The notes below the pieces were generated by a model that made no database searches, was not told where the DNA came from, and saw only the letters and a list, made by a program, of their open reading frames with translations. The position numbers and the translations under genes were made by a program. From Octopus sinensis (Eukaryota), in NCBI RefSeq assembly GCF_006345805.1, contig NW_021825073.1, forward strand, positions 1-16,955: DNA of 16,955 nucleotides, in the 5' to 3' direction. Positions 10,029 to 16,955 of this stretch are shown here, piece after piece (position 1 is the stretch's first letter; every line of letters starts with the position of its first letter).

Positions 10029-10449
10029 TACTCTTTACTCTTACTCTTTACTCTTTTACTTGTTTCAGTCATTTGACTGCGGCCATGCTGGAGCACCGCC
10101 TTTAATCGAGCAACTCGACCCCGGGACTTATTCTTTTGTAAGCCCAGTACTTATTCTATCGGTCTCTTTTGCCGAACCGCTAATGTAACGGGGACATAAA
10201 CACACCAGCATCGGTTGTCAGGCAATGCTAGGGGGACAAACACAGACGCACAAACACACACACTCATATATATATATATACATATATACGACGGGCTTCT
10301 TTCAGTTTCCGTCTACCAAATCCACTCACAAGGCTTTGGTCGGCCCGGGGCTATAGTAGAAGACACTTTCCCAAGATTCCACGCAGTGGGACTGAACCCG
10401 GAACCATGTGGTTGGTAAACAAGCTACTCACCACACAGCCACTCCTGCG

Positions 10450-10452
<3 letters not shown>
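10029..10452 (-). mobile_element. Full-length tRNA-type SINE, family A
   Basis: Minus strand aggcgcaggagtggctgtgtggt (A-box-like), gggttcagtccc (B-box-like), internal TA/TG tract, (AAGAGTA)n tail; flanked by (TA)n. Confidence 0.93.
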
Positions 10453-10489
<37 letters not shown>

Positions 10490-10670
10490 GTAATGTGAAT
10501 TTAAAGAGATATATTACCCGGGTGGATACCGTGGTAGCTCTTAGTTACGTTCCAGGTTATAGCATTAAACATCTATGAGTACTAGGAGTTGTTACTTACG
10601 CCATAAATTCCTCCGATGTATAATTCCGTATTCGCTTCACTGGATGGTGATACTATCTGGAGTGTGTATT

Positions 10671-10995
10671 TGCAATAATTGTAACGCTAGAGAATATGGG
10701 AACTTGTACATGCTCGAAATTTATCTCCTTTTATTTTACAATGTCATACAGGATATTGTTATGGTTACAACGACCAACCAGTGTTTCCCCTGCAGAGAAA
10801 ATGAGCACTTGCATATGAGACCGGGCGTAATTTGCCGTGCAATTTCGTTCAGGGTATTTCAACAAGCTTGACTAAGGGCGAACACATGTAGGTCGTCGTA
10901 ACCATAAAAATTTGCTGCATGCCATTGTAAAATAAAAAGAGATAAATTTTGAAGATATACCAGTCTCTATATTCTGTATCGTTATAATTATTGCA
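10671..10995. repeat. Foldback: 121-bp ungapped inverted repeat with 83-nt loop
   Basis: 10671-10791 vs reverse complement of 10875-10995: 98/121 identical by hand count, no gaps. Confidence 0.9.
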
Positions 10996-10999
10996 TATA

Positions 11000-11386
11000 T
11001 GGCTGTGTGGTAAGTAGCTTGCTTACCAACCACACGGTTCCGGGTTCAGTCCCACTGCGTGGCACCTTGGGCTAGTGTCTTCTACTATAGCCTCGGGCCG
11101 ACCAAAGTTTGTGAGTGGATTTGGTAGACGGAAACTGAAAGAAGCCCGTCGTATATATGTATATATATATATATGCGTGTGTGTGTTTGTGTGTCTGTGT
11201 TTGTCCCCTAGCATTGCTTGATAACCGATGCTGGTGTGTTTATGTCCCCGTTACTTAGCGGTTCGGCAAAAGAGACCGATAGAATAAGTACTGGGCTTAC
11301 AAAAGAATAAGTCCCGGGGTCGAGTTGCTCGATTAAAGGCGATGCTCCAGCATGGCCGCAGTCAAATGACTGAAACAAGTAAAAGA

Positions 11387-11389
<3 letters not shown>
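11000..11389 (+). mobile_element. SINE family A, near full-length (first ~11 nt missing)
   Basis: tggctgtgtggtaagtagc...gactgaaacaagtaaaagagta; inverted copy of 10029-10452. Confidence 0.93.
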
Positions 11390-11431
<42 letters not shown>

Positions 11432-11447
11432 CATGTATACATATAGA

Positions 11448-11633
11448 CGCCATGATAGATCGTTAGCCACTACACACATTTTTTTCTCTCCTTGTTTTCT
11501 GCGTCCCTTTCTGTAGAAGAGCGTAGGCTCGAAACGTAAAAGACTTTTTCTATTCCTGAGCGTTATACTAATACATCTGTTTGTTTTGTACAACACCTGT
11601 CTTAGTCTTTTGTTGTTTTTTTCCGTAAACTCT

Positions 11634-11636
<3 letters not shown>
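11448..11636 (+). mobile_element. Short hammerhead-bearing element, family H2, flanked by (TA)n
   Basis: Second copy at 5254-5393 (-); TA tracts on both sides. Confidence 0.85.
11503..11544 (+). ncRNA. Minimal type-I hammerhead ribozyme-like motif (CUGUAGA variant)
   Basis: cttt-CTGTAGA(11511-17)-a-GAGC-gtag-GCTC-GAAAC(11531-35)-GTA-aaag; stem I cttt/aaag, stem II GAGC/GCTC; A6>U vs consensus. Confidence 0.6.
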
Positions 11637-11675
<39 letters not shown>

Positions 11676-11899
11676 TTTTTAATGGAACATCGATCTATTG
11701 TGAACAACATAAAATGGGATGCCTGTGTCAACAATCTTGTAGCTCTTGAAGGATCAAAGCCAACAGCAATGAGGCCCACATCATCAAACATCACTTGAAA
11801 TGAGCAAGTCAATGTTTATTGCATGTATGGCACGACCACCACGTCAGAAATTGTACATCGAATTTAACAACAACAAGGGATCAAACGGAGGAAACCGAT

Positions 11900-12232
11900 G
11901 TTCATGTTTACTGTAACATGACCATTAGCGCAAGTTCTATTGAAGGAGTTGAACATTCATACATCATGTCTGTACACTGCATGTCATCAAAGAATGCAAA
12001 AAGCAAGTTCCAAACAGCACACTCAACTCTGGGAAGCTCCCCAGTAGAGTCTTTCGGAGCAGTAGTTTTACCATGCAAACCAAAATGATGATGTACAATG
12101 CTTTTGTTTTGCCTATCCTATTGTATGGGTGTGAGACGTGGACCCTGTACTGCTGTACCTGAAAAAGCTTGAATAATTCCATCAAAAAAACCTTTGGTCT
12201 GTCTTGAACGTCAATTAGGAAGACTACGTATC
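11900..12232 (+). pseudogene. RTE-clade LINE ORF fragment (region C-terminal to the RT core)
   Basis: Manual translation GKLPSRVFRSSSFTMQTKMMMYNAFVLPILLYGCETWTLY (LLYGCETW at 12118-12141), then after a frameshift KKLE*FHQKNLWSVLNVN*EDYV; hallmark RTE motifs. The 5' boundary is approximate. Confidence 0.88.
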
Positions 12233-12246
12233 TGCTTGTGTATATA

Positions 12247-12738
12247 CTGAGTTGTCCAGAAAGTTCGTGCCGATTTTTAAAGGAAAGGAAATGGTCAATA
12301 AATACTTGCTATTACATTTTTAATCAACCAAATATGAACCATTTTGTTGCACAATGCGTCTCCATCTTTCCTTTAACATGAAAATACACTCTTCCCAGAA
12401 TTGAGGTTGTTTCATGGCAAAGAATTCATCAAGGTAACTTTCGGATAAAGAAACATCACCGTAAACTGCGCATATTTCTTTGGTTGCTTGTGACGCATTT
12501 TTTCCTTTACGGAAAAAGAAAAGCATCAAATGCCGAAATTGAACTTTCTTATCTTCCATTTTAAGGGGTTACAGAATTAACACATGTTATAGGAACGTAA
12601 ACCTTCTTCCACGAAAAGATAGCTTAAACTGTGCTAAATAGAAGTGTAGTCAAATCCTCTTTTATGAACTCAACATGTTCTAAAATAAGTCGAAAGGTAA
12701 GCTACTATAAATCGGCACGAACTTTCCGGACAACCCAA
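12247..12738 (-). mobile_element. Internally deleted mariner (492 bp), TA-flanked
   Basis: 30-bp TIRs at 12247-12276 and 12709-12738 (27/30 identical); TA at 12245-46 and 12739-40. Confidence 0.95.
12320..12559 (-). pseudogene. Mariner transposase N-terminal HTH fused in frame to the C-terminal tail (79 aa)
   Basis: MEDKKVQFRHLMLFFFRKGKNASQATKEICAVYG (mariner N-terminus, mellifera-like from recall) joined near 12436 to YLDEFFAMK..FWEECIFMLKERWRRIVQQNGSY; catalytic domain absent. Confidence 0.9.
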
Positions 12739-13169
12739 TATTATCAATGCCTGTATGTAGATAAACGGAAAGAGAAAGGAGAAAGAGAAAGAGAAGAAGA
12801 GAGAGAAAGAGAGATGTCCGGGAATGTCTCAATGAAAATAAATGAACCATCTGTCGCATGTACTGTTTATATCCCGTCAACAAGACCCGGTGTATTTCTT
12901 CTTCCTACGGACTTTACGGTGGCTATTTGAAAGGTGTTTCTTTGAAAGTCGACACTCTGTCTCCATCGTATCAATTACAGAGACATCAAACAAAGACACA
13001 CCAAATAACAGATATTTTAATCATATTATAATCACACAGACAAACAACTAACTTTTCTTTCTCTACTTTTCAGCAGTTTCCATTTCTTTCTTTTCTTTTC
13101 TTTTCTTTTTTGGTTTTTGTTTTTGTTGTCGTCCCGTTCTGCGTTTTGTATAAACCCACTAAGACACAG

Positions 13170-13365
13170 TACGCGCGCACGCAAAAACACACACACACAC
13201 TCTTTCTCTCTCACACGCACACGCACACATGTGGACACACTCACACACACACGCACACATGTGGACACACTCTCACACACACACAACGGACTCACTCTCT
13301 CTCACACAGACACATAAGTGCCCCACACACACACACATGCGCACACGTACACACAATTACACACT
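13170..13365. repeat. CA/CT-rich tract with 30-bp tandem duplication
   Basis: acgcacacatgtggacacactc at 13221 and 13251. Confidence 0.85.
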
Positions 13366-13366
13366 A

Positions 13367-13545
13367 TAGAGCCGAATGGTTACTCGATTTGCTAAAAATA
13401 TCAGCAAACTCTTTCTTAAATCGTAACTTGTGTGAATTTAGGAAGTATATATATTGGGCATTATCCTCCCTTGAAAGATGTGACGTTCATGAGTTAAATG
13501 TATTTATTCCTTGGTCTGTTCTCACCTTGGATCAAACAACAATGA
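13367..13545 (+). repeat. Old dispersed repeat (family D), copy 5, opposite orientation, ending in CAA repeats
   Basis: tggttactcgatttgctaaaaatatcagcaaactc resembles the reverse complement of 7603-7639; ends aaacaacaat. Confidence 0.5.
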
Positions 13546-13681
13546 CCATAATTGATAAACTCCCTAATTCCTCCCCAGTATTTAACAACCTTATAAAATG
13601 GTTTGGTAGAGATCTGGAAGGTATTTAATATTCGTGTTCATCAATTGCGTTATTCTAGCCATTCGATGCTTACAGAATATT

Positions 13682-14288
13682 CTTTTCTACTCTAGGCACA
13701 AAGCCCGAAATTTTTGGTGAGGGGGCCAGTCGATGAGATCGACCTCAGTATGCAACTGGTACTTAAATTATCGACCCCGAAAGAATGAAGGCCAAAGTCG
13801 ACCTCGGCGGAATTTGAAACAAGAACGTAAAGACAGACGAAATACAGCTAACGATTTCGCCCGGCGTGCTAACGTTTCTTATTTCTTTACATCCCACAAA
13901 GGGTTATACATAGAGGTGACAAACAAGGACAGACAAAAGGGATTAAGTTGATTACATCGACCCAATGTGTAACTGGCACTTAATTTATCGACTCCGAAGG
14001 GATGAAAGGCAAAGTCGACCTCGGCAGAATTTGAACTCAGAACGTCACGGTAAACGAAATACCTATTTCTTTACAACCCACAAGGGGCTAACACAGATGG
14101 GACAACAAGGACAGACACCACGGATTAAGTCGATTATATCGACCCCATTGTGTAACTGGTACTTAATTTATCGACCCCGAAGGAATAAGGCAAAGTCGAC
14201 CTCGCGGAATTTGACTCAGACGTAACAGCAACGAATACCGCTAAGCATTTCGCCGGGCGCGCTAACGTTTCTGCCAGCTCGCCGCCTT
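13682..14288 (-). mobile_element. Trimeric SINE family C array within a single 16-bp TSD
   Basis: Units 14064-14288, 13880-14063 and 13682-13879 share gagttcaaatt..gaggtcgactttgcctttcatcc.ttcggggtcgataaattaagtacc (Nin/Deu-like core from recall). Perfect TSD atgcttacagaatatt at 13666-13681 and 14289-14304. Confidence 0.93.
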
Positions 14289-14353
14289 ATGCTTACAGAA
14301 TATTACGCAGGCAGTGCTGCTACTTTAGACATCCTTCTATAGTAACAAAATCT

Positions 14354-14357
<4 letters not shown>

Positions 14358-14406
<49 letters not shown>
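14358..14406. repeat. (GT)n microsatellite
   Basis: Direct reading. Confidence 0.97.
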
Positions 14407-14408
<2 letters not shown>

Positions 14409-14442
14409 GTGTGTGTCTGTGTGCGTGCATTAAACTTGAGTC

Positions 14443-14497
14443 ATTTGTTGCTGAAGAGACTCAACATTGTGAATAGAGTCAAATTCATTGCAAAATT
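14443..14497 (+). ncRNA. Degenerate hammerhead-like motif
   Basis: CTGAAGA (14451-57), GACTC, 13-nt loop, GAGTC (14476-80), AAA; the catalytic G of GAAA is missing and stem I is weak. Confidence 0.35.
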
Positions 14498-14579
14498 CGT
14501 TTTCGTTTACTCCCTCCGTCTGACTGGTTGCATTAACCTTAAGGCGAAACTGAAAGTTCTAGAGAACACAAATTTTACA

Positions 14580-14581
<2 letters not shown>

Positions 14582-14615
<34 letters not shown>

Positions 14616-14760
14616 GCGCATGCAAACAAATATACTCACCCATTATATATACATAATTTTATAGGCATACAAATGTAAATGTGCATGTCATATATATATA
14701 TATATTACACACATATACATACATACATATATACATACATACATATATATATATGTATAG
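14582..14760. repeat. (CA)n and TA/CA compound microsatellites
   Basis: Direct reading. Confidence 0.85.
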
Positions 14761-15314
14761 GCATATATGGTACAGAACGTCACCAACTGTAAACAACATG
14801 AAGTACGAAAACAAGTTAAATACGCAAACAGGACAAGTGACACAAAGAACAACCCTTCAATAGTTGTCGGCTGTCTCTCTACTCCTCATTTTGAGCAGTG
14901 AACGACAATATGAATCTTGGAAGACAGTTGCTCCCACAACTTCCAAAGTAAATTCAGGTTTTTGTGGAGGGTCAAAATTGAGGACAAAAACAGGACAGTG
15001 GAGACATTCATACAAGGAAACCGAACGAAAACAAACATGGCCGGTCGTTAGACCAGAACGAGGGGAAAATATATATAAGAACAGTCATTACCGACGAAGT
15101 ATTATTAGTAACGATTAGCAACTTATATATCATACTGAATGCGGTATTCAGCTCGAGAAAGCATCTCGTATAAACGTATAGTGGTCAAAAAACGCAGAAG
15201 CATCCTGCAGCCATGATGGAAGAGATAAATTCGGTTCATTCTGTAGTCCACCACCTCTACTTCTATAACTTCCCCTCTTCCTTGTACTCTTTCTCCTCAT
15301 TAGCATTAAGAACA

Positions 15315-15746
15315 CCGTAAATCCTCGAGTATAGCTCGCCCTTGAGTATAATACGCAGGGGATTTTTAGGGGGTTGTATCTCTGAAAAACCTAAACCTTG
15401 TGTATAATACGCACCCCTTCTCTATGTAAATATGTCTGTAAATATGTTTGCAAATTATTTTTGTTACATATTATTCTGTGTTCTGAATACTTTTATTTTA
15501 ATAAATGTTGCTTACTGCAAGTTATGGATGATTCTTTTATGACTTCATTGCTTTCAGGCTTAGCTTAAGGTATTTTCGCTCTCGACATCACAAAATGCGT
15601 TTGAATAAACATTGCCGGACAGCAAATAGAGACTCGGACATTGCTTAGAAAATAATTTTTATTTTTAACCTCGTATATAGTACGCACTAGGGAATTTGAC
15701 CCTTAAATTTTTGGGGAAAATGCGGATTATACTCGAATATTTACAG
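15315..15746. mobile_element. pogo/Tigger-like MITE (432 bp)
   Basis: Left ccgtaaatcctcgagtata vs reverse complement of right end ctgtaaatattcgagtata (16/19); TA at 15747-48 (CA on the left). Internal repeats of gtataatacgca at ~15346, ~15402 and a variant at ~15673. Confidence 0.85.
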
Positions 15747-16279
15747 TAACCAGACTAACAAATATTTTTCTTGCTTTTCATATCCATGTGCGTGTGTGTA
15801 AGTGTGAGAGTGCCTGTACACGCAGAATCATAAAAGATAGTTGTTGTAAGGAAGGCGATGTGGAGGAAATAAAACAAACTTATAATGCTGGAGGTGGCAT
15901 GGTTAATAGCAAATAAGTTTTTGTAGTTGTTGTTCTTGTTATTGTCATCGATTCAATGTTACTGTCATTGTTTTCGGTACCTTTCAAAGTGAAGACAGCA
16001 GCGGTTTCGTACTCATAGAAAGCTATACAATGACACAGACTTCTTGTGTCGCTAATAAAGGTCAGAGAATACATTTTTTTACATAGTGATAGACAGAACG
16101 ATATACAAATTGATCGATAAATAAATATTTCTAAAAAACAAAAAACAAAGGAAAGAGACGTAGAGAAAGATGAATAAACAAACAGAGAGCTGTATTGATA
16201 ACCAAATAGGCAGGCACACACACATACACAAACACACAAACAAACACACATACACACACACGTGTGTTGATTTTGCTTT

Positions 16280-16490
16280 TGTGTTTGTTCCCACACCTTC
16301 GCTTGACAAGGTGTTTTTTTTTTCTTTACGTGTTCACTTCCCATCGTAATATGGCGGCTGAGCAAAACAACGCCGCAAGATTAAATGGCAGTCTTGAAAA
16401 TGCACTGGAGTTGATTTGTTTGACTAAACACTAATAGGCGATGCCCCAGCACAGTCACAGTCCAATTATGGAAACAAGTGAAGGATAAGA
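16280..16490 (+). mobile_element. Old degenerate 3' half of a family A-like SINE
   Basis: gtgtttgttccc..gcttgacaa..ggcgatgccccagca..cagtccaat..gaaacaagtgaaggata is colinear with 11197-11389. Confidence 0.7.
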
Positions 16491-16508
16491 CATACACACA
16501 CACACACG

Positions 16509-16544
<36 letters not shown>

Positions 16545-16549
16545 ATTAA

Positions 16550-16799
16550 CTAGCAGTATCGCCCGGCGTTGCTCGGGTTTGTGTTTCTGATTCTCGACCC
16601 CATGTCGAATTTATCGATTTTTTTCAGAACTGGGGGAACTTTTCAAAATATACTCTGCGTCAGTTTTGAATTATGACATTGGGCTATGTGTGTGTCAAGT
16701 TTCATCAGAATCGGTTGAAAGCCGTGGTCAGGGTGAGGGTACAACCAAACAGACACACAGACACACACACAGACAAACTGCCGTTTATATATATAGAGA
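16550..16799 (-). mobile_element. Non-autonomous Helitron (250 bp)
   Basis: Minus strand starts A|TCTCTATATATATAAA and ends CCCGAGCAACGCCGGG hairpin..GCTAG|T; inserted between A and T, no TSD. Confidence 0.9.
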
Positions 16800-16815
16800 T
16801 ATATGTTTTAATATT

Positions 16816-16854
<39 letters not shown>

Positions 16855-16863
16855 TATGTATGT

Positions 16864-16955
16864 ATCATCATCATCATCGTTTAACGTCCGTTCTCCATGC
16901 TAGCATGGGTTGGACGGTTCGACCGGGGATCTGGGAAGCCAGAAGGCTGCACCGC
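16864..16955 (-). mobile_element. 3' end of a retroposon with (GAT)n tail (RTE-type tail), cut by the window edge
   Basis: Minus strand ...ccgtccaacccatgctagcatggagaacggacgttaaacgatgatgatgatga. Confidence 0.65.

Noticed and set aside
13682-14288. CRISPR-like or satellite array
   Set aside because: Units are ~180-225 bp SINE monomers without unique spacers, in a eukaryotic context
14770-15120. Possible Penelope-related interspersed repeat with a hammerhead on the minus strand
   Set aside because: Looks repeat-like, but the candidate core reads CTATTGA, no stem II or GAAA is in order, and there is no second copy in the window
16695-16715. CTGATGA on the minus strand
   Set aside because: Part of the Helitron body; no hammerhead stems follow

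Overview
AT-rich, microsatellite-saturated eukaryotic non-coding DNA with no supportable host protein-coding gene; almost all ORF-track entries are translations of simple repeats. The SINE families and (TA)n/(CA)n/(ATT)n density resemble octopus genomes (inference from recall, not a database result). The window is a mosaic of mobile-element debris: three tRNA-type SINE families (several with target-site duplications, including a trimer), a Tc1 transposase remnant with DD36E spacing, an internally deleted mariner with an in-frame mini-ORF, pogo-like and other MITEs, a non-autonomous Helitron, an RTE LINE fragment and an old dispersed repeat. Most notable: (i) three short elements, plus one more degenerate motif, carry minimal type-I hammerhead-ribozyme-like motifs with non-canonical cores, in the style of Penelope-like elements or retrozymes; (ii) a ~1.36 kb region in which an inverted SINE pair encloses a 121-bp ungapped inverted repeat, able to form long dsRNA.
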